A stretch of 64,000 nt of DNA from Corallochytrium limacisporum Hawaii (Eukaryota > Protista > Pluriformea), in the NCBI GenBank assembly GCA_002811645.1, contig PDIP01000012.1, positions 116,452-180,451 of the forward strand. The letters are read 5' to 3'. Below the pieces are notes generated by a model. That model was given only the letters and a program-made list of their open reading frames with translations. It had not been told where the DNA came from and did no database searches. The position numbers were made by a program, and so were the translations under genes. Below, piece by piece: positions 20,901 through 30,890 of this stretch. Each line of letters begins with the position of its first letter. Position 1 is the stretch's first letter.

Positions 20901-22263
20901 CAGAGAACACGAGCAACAGCTTTCCCAACTCTGACACATACTCAGGATGCAATGGGCGAAGCAGAAGCTCATCAAAGGACTCTGTCTGCAACCAAGTCCG
21001 TAAATATTCGCTTGTCTCTAGTGCTGACATTTGGTTCAAGAAGCCCTCGCTGCCCTTCCTCATTGTCCGTACCGTTGGTTCAGAGGTTTCCCGAGGGCTC
21101 TTCATCTTTGTAAATCCTAGTAAACGCTCTTTAAACACTTCCCTGGATCGCGGTGTAGCAGGTACGATTGTGAAATATGCGTTCACGTATTCAGTCATCA
21201 TCCCCAAAGCCTTGAGATTCTCGCCCAGAGATGTCGAAAACAGGAACGAACGGCTCAGATACATTTTGCACAGAAGCACCACTTTCTCTGCGTACTGCCT
21301 GGGAACGCTTGGTGCCAGCTCCAAGCAGTTGTCTATCATCAGGAAGTATCTTGCAATAGTACCAGACCATTGTTTCCGGACCTCCTCCGGCTCTAAACAT
21401 GCCATGAGTTCTAGTGTACGCGGAAACAATGCAATGAAGAACGCTTCCCGGTGATCCGAGTTTAGGTAATGACGCAGTTCATAGAAGATTTGTGTCAAAT
21501 CACATACGTCATTTGCGGTGAACGGACAAGACATAGCTGTCGACGAAGTCCTCTTCCTACCGGGGCTGAAGGCTCTGCTTGGATGCCGCCCTCTTTCGGG
21601 GGTATTCGGCTTGTCGGATCCTCCATTCGTAGGCGACTGATATACACCAGTGATATGTGTCGAACTCGCAACTTGGTCCCAGAATTTGTCGAGGATATCA
21701 ATTATGGCATCATATCCGCCAGCCTCCCCAAAGTGCTCTACATTGCTCAAGTACATCTGTGTGGCCGTGAATTCCTTACGACTTGGTCTTGCATATGTGT
21801 ATTCATCCGGAGAGTCGTTTCCAGTCCTCCTATTTACACCAAACAAATGCGAAGAAGCAAACTGAAATATAGCCATAACCGCTGGAAGCAGACCTTGCCA
21901 GACTGTGCTGTTCTGTGCATTAGCAGCAAATACAGTCAGAACTACCTGTAGATTTCGGTTAATCTGCTGTACTTCCTCCAGTTTGAAATCCGATTTATCA
22001 ATAATTTTAGCATACCCATCTGCTATGTAGCGCAGTGCTGCAAATGGCTGACAGCAGAGCACTCCGTCGCTTCTGCTTGGTTCTAACCCTTCGGTTGATC
22101 CGTCTGCCCGCTTTACTGCGCCGAGTAAAGCATCATTAAATGTAGTCAAGCTTGCTACGAGGTCATCCTTTGACCCGAATTCCGTTAATGGGATGTCATG
22201 AATCATGCAAAGACCGTCATTATGGCCGTTGAGTTCCGGCTGAACCGTCATGACGGACGGCAT
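14980..22263 (-). CDS. Large ubiquitin C-terminal hydrolase (USP9/USP24/USP34-type)
   Basis: 2427 aa with Cys box GLRNLGSTCYMNS, QQMDAQEF, Zn ribbon CDKC, LVIHLKRF, His box HQGNIDAGHYFS and WFEYND. It has a long helical N-terminal region and a ubiquitin-like insert. Confidence 0.93.
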   Translation of the reverse strand: MPSVMTVQPELNGHNDGLCMIHDIPLTEFGSKDDLVASLTTFNDALLGAVKRADGSTEGLEPSRSDGVLCCQPFAALRYIADGYAKIIDKSDFKLEEVQQINRNLQVVLTVFAANAQNSTVWQGLLPAVMAIFQFASSHLFGVNRRTGNDSPDEYTYARPSRKEFTATQMYLSNVEHFGEAGGYDAIIDILDKFWDQVASSTHITGVYQSPTNGGSDKPNTPERGRHPSRAFSPGRKRTSSTAMSCPFTANDVCDLTQIFYELRHYLNSDHREAFFIALFPRTLELMACLEPEEVRKQWSGTIARYFLMIDNCLELAPSVPRQYAEKVVLLCKMYLSRSFLFSTSLGENLKALGMMTEYVNAYFTIVPATPRSREVFKERLLGFTKMKSPRETSEPTVRTMRKGSEGFLNQMSALETSEYLRTWLQTESFDELLLRPLHPEYVSELGKLLLVFSDRNVLMDGILTSILSRSIDQHSSIRKALYDLAGHVSQKATKDAISRAMGFVESSGSRERDVRWVELAKTLAVNALLRGLEEPFQRGATILFHTLKESAGLNNPLSDAAHNACMIIAVEVPDDLKLKIVEYCVEVIASGNGEIPAMSILLKMLKNAPNNRWTRRRPNLTDFLDRLSELHILNVLMNGLKNQEKLESDAAKNAKVRFEFLDMYLCNCSQVLTKTQVFALWDYYTSPTAEVEATNTALRWFLSIHVGSKRSSAFELDTAMNLFTDRICQFSKMEVCNLRFAIFQRYFFIINRYKGKVDFEEKTVRKLTKKDSDASPEGTERGSLEVQGSTNSQQGPGYVNPYKGGYLVNSLSKYRSLDVEQDTTINNQEEDNDPSVWFSETLTDDVSLYVLDFNSIVGLDAVWRIFGKCKDASVSALAEQLAIDLLKRISPGVKPKVVVESHRHFQSITQKHLVKAIESDAGEQQIVHLLRIIQKVSEWYAHNRILTHPKKASKVKSPSTQFSSLKNVRPHSLASDRPRGSGSSATPEITVPCTCKIAGQPEEAVILRLSPVATVHQLYWAVRSAAALPQSAPIKIYVGDRPIPESKRFKSISKYGVDDNVTVTVVNREQKSRFFKLRRHGKSSGTTSTGVPEISTDVSINSEGDSLERSKFGMLKVALRSNSNRSNGALHEDDDNATPLEWQILYANGLYERLHELLSDKSLAVACAAWTILDQVPVPYHIGQQVVEMVREQGSNGNGHHDGVNVIPLPKEDGDSNPFLDLYNTRILRLKLCGQDKDTQDYFIDGPQASENLSGTDQIQEELRCASLLDKFIAMCHRRDEASIRDTGDETELIVDMLVLESTLDLVCSLFLRPCHGVIKSSLKHPDETIQGCQITCRELIPDDTVHKAFEGRATVLSTAIMAMLAAISNMSLHNRENAFILIQNKDLVDRKQHLFCDGFSMLMVMWRFQSHLLDEVTGEEKFAKWMTRIVLSSEDDVTRQWSAQALGDILLGAWPEHATPSKLYIEQSTLLRNALGVRVLKMSCGISESLTKARPYLSLLRRYIQLLPPPDFENFREEIVRVYADLIPPLLNFDLSLLADHQEGGLTNVFVALCEAISSILDRDRTLVHDVKFETEIGGSLMQKIIFFAVPNSEESTERTANWLHPKSAIQASLDLCLRLVRQDDSESAVVKNIFHAIMDEQFASSSGRWIIRPEAEVLGTTGRVGLRNLGSTCYMNSVYQQLFAIPAIRGDVLRSWDIDITQIPAEDDENNTRTELQRMQQTMTGQLQRLFSFLSFSYARAFDPIMICSLLRDFDGNKLNVMQQMDAQEFLNMFIDRLEREGQKSGSSDIWREHIGGYYLQEILSQDCGHVSTTTEPFYTLGLEIQDLNDITDSLASLIQSETLDGPNKYFCDKCEKRTVAVKRTVLGSNPRHLVIHLKRFAFDLRSLTNTKVDSYCRFPHTLDLEPYMHKSVLLDPKRSGGFEYQLKGVVVHQGNIDAGHYFSVLCDRETGEWFEYNDEDVLPFDTSMIPELCFGGQMMDENGEQFPKNFSAYLLVYDRKDIEDNASENESVDVLQMRSSTIMDDAMNVIQRKNKSLVRNLQLFHPAIEKFLMQWYHSMEVQSTIKECPKRAGEVARTIVRYMLEVLYRSDKVTDEQLNHWKTALLGLSVHTTVIMEYFADKDFFAEMFQFEGTKRVQPDVVEITKTMLRTLCLKEEEISVGPEERARVLEKCTETLITLAKRSVDVPDTGNFVYCLLAIVVQHQPTVMKRIQDEHLDECVFKQLQEAFEAARSDQIDAKNGKFGNMTNLINMQGIILFALNVARNLLEMGEKENMPEFTFVQCWTVVSQGISLVAAPQYMNTVLLKDPGQSRACTTALANELIKATTDAEFNRLYQTAEHLIEKVSPSNATFVTMFLDGCLAVIEKANMRKATFAFLQFLNNAKIVPGMAEWVGAHTTEIRSAAKKQCLNADAQVHRFEDAK

Positions 22264-23508
22264 GCACTCTAATTCTGAGAAAGACGGTTCCGTTAGTTCT
22301 ATCCGAATGCACCCATAATTTCACATCCTGCAGTGCACCTTTCTCAGGTATCTTCTATTTTCGATCTCGTCAGAGATTCTATGGTTTGTACTGTGTCTAG
22401 TACATATACTCCCACAGGAGTGTCACATTGATGGCACTGTTGCAACCTTGGACCTGTGAGATAGCCGACTGAGATACCAAGTCGGTCCGGGTCACCACTC
22501 CGGGCACCGCCTAACAATATCGGCACTCTTTGTATCACAGTGCTGCATCAGTGCCCGGGTGAATTCGGAAGCGCATTTGTCCACCGTAAGAAATCCCTGT
22601 GCACCCCCTGAACAAAGTGATACCAAGAAGAAAGTGAAGCCCACGCACCATTCTTCACCAAGCCGACTCTTATCCCTTCAGCTTCCAAGCCTACCGTAGA
22701 GTTGTGAAGACCGGACGGCAACAGGGAAGACCCCGGGGGGGGGGGGGCGGGAGGAGCGCCAGCAGGGAGAGCATACGCACTCCGACATACAGAAACACTG
22801 CACAGTGCAGCGCCCCCCTGCGTCTGTGTACACAGTTTCGGCATACAGCCAGTGCGAAATGGAACCTGTGGTTTCGTTAATTTTTCTTCTTCCAAGAGCA
22901 GTATCTGTTTTCTCCATGTCCTCTACCCGGCACCAACACCACAAAGCGATCGGTGTAAGGACACCTACGGAGAAACTCCCGGGGATCGGTTGTCCCCCGG
23001 GTGGTCGAGAACAAGTGATACCTCCCTATCGCAGCTCGAACCGCCGTCCGTATAGGCCGTGTATGGCTTCAGGTCGTGCTTGTGCCTCAGTTCCTGTAGG
23101 TTTCGGAGGAGCCTCGTTCCCACACATTCGGGAAACAGCACAAAGATCTCTTTCTCGGTGTTCGCTCTCCCTCTTTGTTCCTTTTTTTCGTGTCTCGTGT
23201 CCGTGTCCCCAGTGGTCCTGCTGTAGGCTATCAGCTTCTCTATTTATGTTCTTCTTGCTGTTCCCCCAAAAGGTTGCAACTTTCCTCGCCGGCTCAGTTT
23301 GGCAGTAAAGAATTTTTGTATGCCAGTCTGTGGTTCTTCCAGTTCTGCGCACTATTGCGTACGACATGCAAACATCGCGACGAAAAAGAGAGAGAGAGAG
23401 GAAAAACTAAGCAGTCTGTGACTCTGGAGTGGCACGGGAAGGGAGAAGGACAAATGGCGGTGACCGAGAGAGAGCAGACTAAATAGACACAGACAAATGG
23501 GGGGGGGG

Positions 23509-23601
23509 NNNNNNNNNNNNNNNNNNNNNNNNNNNNNNNNNNNNNNNNNNNNNNNNNNNNNNNNNNNNNNNNNNNNNNNNNNNNNNNNNNNNNNNNNNNN
23601 N
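23509..23601. other. Assembly gap (93 N) with duplicated flanks
   Basis: The ~50-bp sequence GGCGGTGACCGAGAGAGAG...AGACAAA followed by poly-G occurs on both sides (23456-23508 and 23602-23656). This is most likely an unmerged contig overlap at a G homopolymer. Confidence 0.9.
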
Positions 23602-26600
23602 GGCGGTGACCGAGAGAGAGGAGACTAAATAGACACAGACAAAGGGGGGGGGGGGAGTTATCCAATTTCTCTCAACGAACGGCCCAAGCACCACCGCATC
23701 CCACCCCAAACCAACCCCCCCCCCTTTTTTGCCTCCTTCTCTTTGCCTTCGCCTTCTCCAACCACTCCCTTCTTCCCCGCCCGGGAAAAGGGTGGGTCAT
23801 TCTCTGTTGCTGCCGCTTTTCATCGTCACCTGAGGCGTTCATAAATGGCTGATACAGAACATTGTGCGCCTCCCGTTGATTCACCGCCGATGCTGAGCCC
23901 GCCTGTGAAAAATTTCGGGCGACGAAGAGTGGGAAGGTCCCAGAGAACATCATCACCAACCACAGCTGGAAAGCGGGTAAAATTTGAAGACATTTTCTGA
24001 AATGTTCCTTCTTGGCCGAGGCTGTATACGATTACAAGTGAAATATGACGGGTCAAAAGAAAACGCTACGAGAGAGCGGGGTTTGGCCGTCGCGAGAGTG
24101 ACTAGGCACATCCTGCAGCAGGAGAGTCAGTAGACGGGAAAGCCACCTCTCCAGATGGCAAAAATTAATTTGTCATCCTTGGTAGTGAATGTACAGGAAG
24201 TCCGGATCTTCCACACTGGCCATGTGAAGATATTCACAAATGGAGGACAAAACTTGTGGAGGCGGGGTATACACAGAAATACATTGCTTGGCTCCGTTCG
24301 ACATTATCAATATGTTGCAGAAGAAGAGAGTCTGTCCAAACTGTTTGGATGCCCTCGACTACAGCTGTATCCGCGTAGTTGTACTTTGGCAGTATGGTAT
24401 CGATCACAGTACGGATAGTGTATTGAGCCGAAGAAAAACGAAAAAAGACGGGTGTGTGAATAACCAAAAACAGAAACAGGTATCGTCGGAGAATATTCAA
24501 CCACACAACACATGCCTCTGCGTACGTTACTGCGTTGGTCCTAGCCCTACCTAAATACTCTGGGAAGAAATCGCGATGCTTGGTTCGCATAGAAAGGGGT
24601 GGCCAAGTGCGGCCCGTCGAGCAAAACCTGCAAGTGTGAGTTTAAGTGGGAGCAGTCCTAAAATAAGGAAGGCGAATGGGAGAAGAAGACAGGGGCAGTG
24701 ACGAAGGAAGAAATAGACTGGGATAATGCCATGGCTGAGGTGTTCAATTCGTGTTAAACGGTTTTAACTTGATCGTTTTGTGCAAACTTTATTTGTTGAT
24801 GATCGACAATTATTGCCTTCTTGGGTATGCATTTATAAGGATGAAGTCCCAGTTATGTTAATAGAAAATTGGCGATCGTCTGTATGAAAAAGAGAAACAG
24901 GGAGGAGCCATTCAATTCCAACACTGGGTGATAGTGGGCGCGATTTTACAAGGAAAGTGGTGGTTTTCTTTATTGCCGGAGAAGGTATGTCTACGCCCCG
25001 GCCTGTATACGTATCAGTGTTGGTGGGAGGGAGTTATGCAACAGGAAAAGGAACACTGAGGGTGGAACACTGGTCGCCTGAATACGCATACATGGAAATG
25101 GGGTCAGAATGGGGCAAGCGCTATGTGCCCTAATAAAGTTCTTCTCCGCCAATGTCCACATACCTCACAGTGACTTTCACAGATAGCAAGGCGAATGTCA
25201 GCATCCAGACAATTGGCTCACACAAGAGAGTATCCACATGACCATCGCATAACGGATGCCCAACATAGTAAGGCACGCAACTTCGACAAAAGCCCTGTGG
25301 ATCCTTGGGCCATTACCCATTGGGTGTCTCTTTTGCAGAGCAGGGTTGGTGTCGTTTATTTATACTCTGTCTATTGCCAACAACTTGACAACTGTACACA
25401 ACGCTTCCACGCCAGATTCGTTCCCCAGTCAATGGATAGGATTTCGGTACCGGCACGCGCAAGACCGTACTGGCTGCGACACCAAACCGCCACACCAAAT
25501 TTTAATTCAGATTATGTCCGTTACGCGCGCATTGTGTCGCACGAATGAAGGCAGAATTATGAAGGACCTTCTTGCAACGTAACCTTACCGCCTTAGAACA
25601 CTCTCGTCAGACACACTGCTACAGATAAGCTTCCAAGGCGTCCAGGTGTAGGCTTGTGTATGAGGCGCCGCACAGTTTTGGGAGAGGCAAATATGTTCCA
25701 TCTTCATTACTATTGATTTCTTCTTCTGACTTGAGGCGACCCCCTTAACCCCCCAAATCTTCTCGTCCTCTCTTTGGACATTCTTGTTCCAGAGCATTAG
25801 GCTTCCCAATTCGATACTCTTACACAGTAACACCGATAGCGCGATAGCCCACACGAAATTGGGCTTGTAGGAATGGATGTCGAGCATCTCTACCCTCAGA
25901 CATCCTTAGGAGTTCGGGGAATTTGGGTACCATGATCCAGAGGTCCTGCAGATGGGTAATTTGCATACGGATTACCACATTGACGTGTGGGCATGTGTAC
26001 CCTCCGATGGTTTTGTCGATGCACATATTAAACCCACACATTCTCAACAAAGGAACCTACATGCCATAGAAACTCGACCTAGAACAACTGTGGTCAAGTT
26101 GGTGGCTACAGATGGGACACCCGACCATGGTCCCACACACTCCTTCAATACCCTGGAAAGAAGTAACCCTGAAAGGGTTGCGTGGGAGGTATTGTCAGTC
26201 CGGTTCGTAATAATAGCAAACTCAGAGCCAGAACAACGGGAGGGAGCCCGTGGTGCGTAGACAATGAGCAGAGCAAACGCTTCGGGGACGACTCTCACAT
26301 TGTCGTGTGGTCCCGCCCCTTGTGTGTTCAGACCACCTAATACTCACACACCGGATGAGGAGCAAAGAATTAGATTCCTCCTATATTTGTCTGAGTTTTT
26401 GTTTTTTCCCAAGCAAAGGCACACTAGTAGACCGCAAGAATGAGAGCTAACCCGGATACGCAGAACATTTTTGTAAACATGCGTACAATACAGACCCCCT
26501 ACCCAGGGGCGTGGTGAGAGTACTACTGCTTCTTATAGTCATACCAGCAGCTGCGAGTGCTGATTGCCCCACAATAGCCTGTACTCGGCATTTCTGTTAG

Positions 26601-28450
26601 TTAGCCTCGACCATTTTGGAGCTCCCAGCTAGAAACGGTTCCGAAAGCCAGTACTTTTTCCATCACTTTGCGAATGAAATGTCCCCGTATCGGCTGGTGC
26701 AACAAGATTTGTCTTCGGACCTCGGTCATTGCCCTCGCTGTCTCATGCTGGTGAAGCCCTGCCAAAGTTAGACTAAGGATATAGATGATTGAGGTTGATA
26801 GTGTGGTCCCGTAGTGTATCACTGCAGTCTGAGGGAGAATTTAAGTAGACACCTGTTGGCTAATTATTCGTGCCTGCTACGAGGCATGCCAACAGTTTCA
26901 CTTGACTGCGCTGTCTTCTTGCGAAATCAGGGGGCGTCCTCGTGAGGTGGTTGTAACTGGTAGGCAATTTGCTATCAGGCCTTAGCCAGGCAATCAATAT
27001 AAAAGAGTGTCCGCCTTCCAAGTCCTGCATCGTGCCCCAATATCCACCTTGCCCGAGCTTTTCTTACTCCCGCTTCCGACGCCGACTTAAGGCACCTCAT
27101 GTATCCAGTGTGTACCTGGCTTCAATTACCTGCGAAATTCGCGTTTGCCGCCGATCCATGGCACCAGTACGGTACAGCTTCTGCCCCCATCGAAACATGC
27201 GAGATCGGGCCCTGGTGAGCGGTAAAAGAGACTCCCCTTTCCAAAGCGCGAGGGGGACTGTGGCCGGCTTCTTTCCCTTAATACCATAAGCTTTTCGCAA
27301 TCGACCTTGCTGCAATGTTTCAGCTGCGAGCGAGGGGTCCGTACAGTTTGTAGGGTGGAGAACGAATGAAAACGAGATCCAGTGGGCAACAAAAAAATTT
27401 TTTTTGAAGCCACCAATGGGGAACATCGGAAGGTGACCAGCGGAGGTGATGGTATTACTTTTTCGTGCCCGCGACCGCCCGCCTCGGCAATCATTTTCGG
27501 CTTCGCTGATTCTTCTGCTGTTGGTCTCAAATGGGCAGCACAGGCGTGGACAAGTTCGAAAATTGGATCAGCGGTACTGATAAAGGGTCGTTTTTGTCAC
27601 CATTGTCGGTATAAGGGGTCCCCAACTGATGACTGAGAGCGATTACCTCATCGAGGAGGTCGTTGCAAGATCAGGGGGTTGTGGTATGTTCCAGTGCGAT
27701 GAAGAGGAGAGAGCGAAAGAGGGCGCATCGCTCGTATTAAGCAAGATACGGAGTGCTGGTGCCAGTCCCCACTATCACATACGTAATGGCCTACGTTTCT
27801 GAATGTCTGTTTACAGTCTTCTGTTCTCAATTCGGCTCTCCCCATCTCCGGTGGTGCCCGTCGACTAAACACCCGCCGGGGATTTCCATAGCGAAAGTAC
27901 TGACGATGAAGGGCTTAGGAAAACCGGTGCGAAACAACAGCCGCAGCACGAGAAGGTCAATGCCACGAGTCTGGTGCGGACCTCTCCAGTGTAGCTTTTT
28001 CTCCATATAAAATCCTTTAAAGGGTCCGCCGTTGTGTGCTGAGGTTAAATCCCAGGGGAGGGGTCTGTGGGGCGGGGAACTAAAGGTGACAATGGTCCAT
28101 CCACGGGACGGGCGTTCCTTATAATACCCTGTGATCGGTGTCGCTACGCCTTCGTCGTGTGCACAGGAGAGTCGCACTACTTGCCGGCCGTGGCCATGGC
28201 GTAAACGAATTTACCTTGGAAACATTGGAGTGCGTTGTACCTGTTAACCAAGAAGGTAAATCAAGGACAGGAATAGGACACCAGTGGGAGCAATCTCTAC
28301 CTGTGCGCTACCAAATTCAAGGACAGAAGCAGTAGACGATCGGACTTGTTCAAATCAAAGAAACGTCATAGACATGTAAGAAGGGTGGAATTCTCAAACC
28401 CTGCATCGGGCAAGTTAAGAAATAGGGGTGTAATTGGCGAACGAAGAGAC

Positions 28451-29986
28451 ATGGCAGACTATGAAGATCTTGGCCTCCTGTCTTCGGACGATGACTCCGT
28501 CGCAGACGGCCCTGCCCCTGTGAAACAAGTCAATGGTGGCGGTGACGTTACTGGAATTGATGTCTCCAGGCCTATTCCGCAGGCGGAAGCAGAGGACATG
28601 GACTCGTCAGATGATGACTTTGCACAAATTGTACAAGCAAAACCACCGACGAAGGCTCCAGAACCACGACCCGCACCGGTACCAGCACAGCATGTCAAAC
28701 CGGGAAGACCGCACACAAACGGTTCAGCCAAGGGAGGAAAACCTAACGGATTGGAGGGCCCACCGACCACCAGCAATGGTGGTTACGCTAGAGAAGTCAC
28801 ACCTGATCCCCTTGCAACCTACAACAAGAGTCCGAAGAACGCCACCAGTGAAGCCGGGTTTGTGGTCAGTTACAAACTTTCATGTCTGGCCCCTGGGGTG
28901 GTGCCTCAGCAGCCGAAGAAGCGTACGCAGTCGCCGGTAGAAGCAGAGAAACCAAAAGATATGCCGCAGGTTAAGCGTAGTCGACCAAGTCCCAAGCAAG
29001 AGGACCCTGGACGGGATCGGGACTGGTTCGATGATGATGACGAAGAAGAGGAAGAGGAAGACTATACCGCTGTAAGGACGAACTCTCGACGTAAGATTTC
29101 CACGTCGTCGAGAAGTAAGAGTCACGCACATGAAAAACCACATAGTAAGCACGTTAACGGCACAGCACGGCGCCGTGTTAAGGCAACCAAGAGCGAGTCG
29201 TCACGGAGCCATCACAGGCGCTCAGAAAGCCCCCGGGACCCTGAACCCGTGGAGGAGGTTGCCGTGAATCCTAGAGAAGACCTGTACAAGAGGGCACTGC
29301 TCACTGGTCAAGAACTCAATGATGCTGCACAAAAATTCGAGTCATCAACAGACAAAGGCCGGGCATATAAGAAGCGTATGACATCCAATACGGACGACAA
29401 CGCAATCGGTGCCACATGGTACTTCTTCAAGACTGCTGTACTTCGTGAGTTCTATGCCCAGTCTCTGTTATCTGGTGAAGACGCTAGTTTAGGCTATGCA
29501 GAAATCAAGCAGAGCATCTTACACTATGAAAGTACTAGCAGCTGGTTCAACATGATTCTGACCGGCATAGACATGAGCGGACCCATTGTCCCAAAGCTTG
29601 CAATGCTTCGTCGGATGAGGGCAGTCTGTGGTATGCGTCGTGTGGTTTTGAATGAGAACCGCTTAAACCGCATTGCAAACGAGCTGAACCGGCTCACCGA
29701 CCCCAATAGCACTGCACCTGCTAGTACAGGCAGTGATGGTTCCACTCCGGACCAAATCTCAACTGTGAAGACGTACTCTCGAGACTTTGTCCGCAGCGTC
29801 CAGCCCATGTTTTCTGCTCTCGAAGACTGGCGCGTGGCAGAGCGTGAGTATCCGTTGTCAAAGTATACGCATGCTGTCAACACTTTTGGCCGCATCTCCC
29901 TGACCTCCGAGGCGAACACTGTCCTCGCATTCGCCAATGTTGCACTCCACATTGACTGTGGTGTAAACGGCGGTACTCTGCGGTGA
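28451..29986 (+). CDS. AF4/FMR2 (AFF)-like protein: disordered N-terminus plus C-terminal homology domain
   Basis: From ATG 28451: a long S/P/K/R/D-rich disordered region, then a helical domain that aligns by eye with the AFF4 CHD (YESTSSWF; LAMLRRMRAVCGMRRVVL; FVRSVQPMFSALEDWRVAE; FGRISLTSEANTVLAFANVALH). Confidence 0.7.
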   Translation: MADYEDLGLLSSDDDSVADGPAPVKQVNGGGDVTGIDVSRPIPQAEAEDMDSSDDDFAQIVQAKPPTKAPEPRPAPVPAQHVKPGRPHTNGSAKGGKPNGLEGPPTTSNGGYAREVTPDPLATYNKSPKNATSEAGFVVSYKLSCLAPGVVPQQPKKRTQSPVEAEKPKDMPQVKRSRPSPKQEDPGRDRDWFDDDDEEEEEEDYTAVRTNSRRKISTSSRSKSHAHEKPHSKHVNGTARRRVKATKSESSRSHHRRSESPRDPEPVEEVAVNPREDLYKRALLTGQELNDAAQKFESSTDKGRAYKKRMTSNTDDNAIGATWYFFKTAVLREFYAQSLLSGEDASLGYAEIKQSILHYESTSSWFNMILTGIDMSGPIVPKLAMLRRMRAVCGMRRVVLNENRLNRIANELNRLTDPNSTAPASTGSDGSTPDQISTVKTYSRDFVRSVQPMFSALEDWRVAEREYPLSKYTHAVNTFGRISLTSEANTVLAFANVALHIDCGVNGGTLR

Positions 29987-30131
29987 GCTTGTAAGATTTT
30001 GTTTTAATTCCGGTTATGTTGGTTGTAACTAGAGATATTACATGCGAAACAACAAATAAAAAAATCTACGGAAAACTTTATGTCAATGTATTACTTATGC
30101 TCATGTTTATGGAAAAAGTAGATTATTCTAT

Positions 30132-30890
30132 CTAGAGCTGAGCGGCCATCTGCTGACGAATGCGGACATAGACGGCAACTCCGCGGAAGAAGATGAACCA
30201 TCCAATGACAACTAGAAGAGAGGCAAACCAGTTCGAAGGGCTATGCAAGTCACCAGGGTCGGTATCTGTGCTGTTCTGGGGAGGAGTAGTGGTACTACTG
30301 TTACCTCCGTCGGCGTCACTACCGCTGCCATCCAGAACTTGTCCATAGCGCAGAAGGAAACCCCACTTGATCATATCAATGCCCAGACCAGCTGTAGCTC
30401 CGCACTTTCCAGCGATTGTGTTACTAAAGAAGTAAGCAGCAATATAACCAAACCAATTAAAGAGGAATGCAAGCATAAAGCACAGGAAGAAAATGGAGTC
30501 CGTTCCCACAACCAGTGTGCTAAGTTCCTGTGCGGTATAGCGAGCTCCTTCGTAAACCCAGACACCCTCGCCTGATTCTAATCCTGCAAGGTCCGCCTCT
30601 TCATCGTCTTTCACAACATCGTCATAGGCAGGTAATTCTTCGTTGCTTACAGCATCGTAACCCGGGGGCTTGTCCTCACTTCCGCTTGCTTGAGGAACTT
30701 CACCTTCCTCGTTCCCCGATTCTGCAACAGGTTCTGACGACCCCTTTTGCTGCTCTTCTGTAATTTCTGTGGTTTCTTCTACGACCTCAACTTCTTCCTC
30801 GTCGTCAGACTTCATTACCAAACTGGTATTCTCAGTCTCTTCGACTTCGACGTCCTCATCATGGACACGCTCGTACCCTTCGTTCTTCAT
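30132..30890 (-). CDS. NDFIP: NEDD4 family-interacting protein (NDFIP/Bsd2)
   Basis: Acidic N-terminus with PY-type motifs PPGY and LPAY, VGTD..F...F..AFLFNWFG, T.AGK.GA..GLG...IKW, and three TM helices. Confidence 0.9.
   Translation of the reverse strand: MKNEGYERVHDEDVEVEETENTSLVMKSDDEEEVEVVEETTEITEEQQKGSSEPVAESGNEEGEVPQASGSEDKPPGYDAVSNEELPAYDDVVKDDEEADLAGLESGEGVWVYEGARYTAQELSTLVVGTDSIFFLCFMLAFLFNWFGYIAAYFFSNTIAGKCGATAGLGIDMIKWGFLLRYGQVLDGSGSDADGGNSSTTTPPQNSTDTDPGDLHSPSNWFASLLVVIGWFIFFRGVAVYVRIRQQMAAQL

Noticed and set aside
23456-23656. Direct repeat flanking the N gap as a mobile element or LTR
   Set aside because: Both copies end in poly-G at a scaffold gap, which is typical of an unmerged contig overlap.
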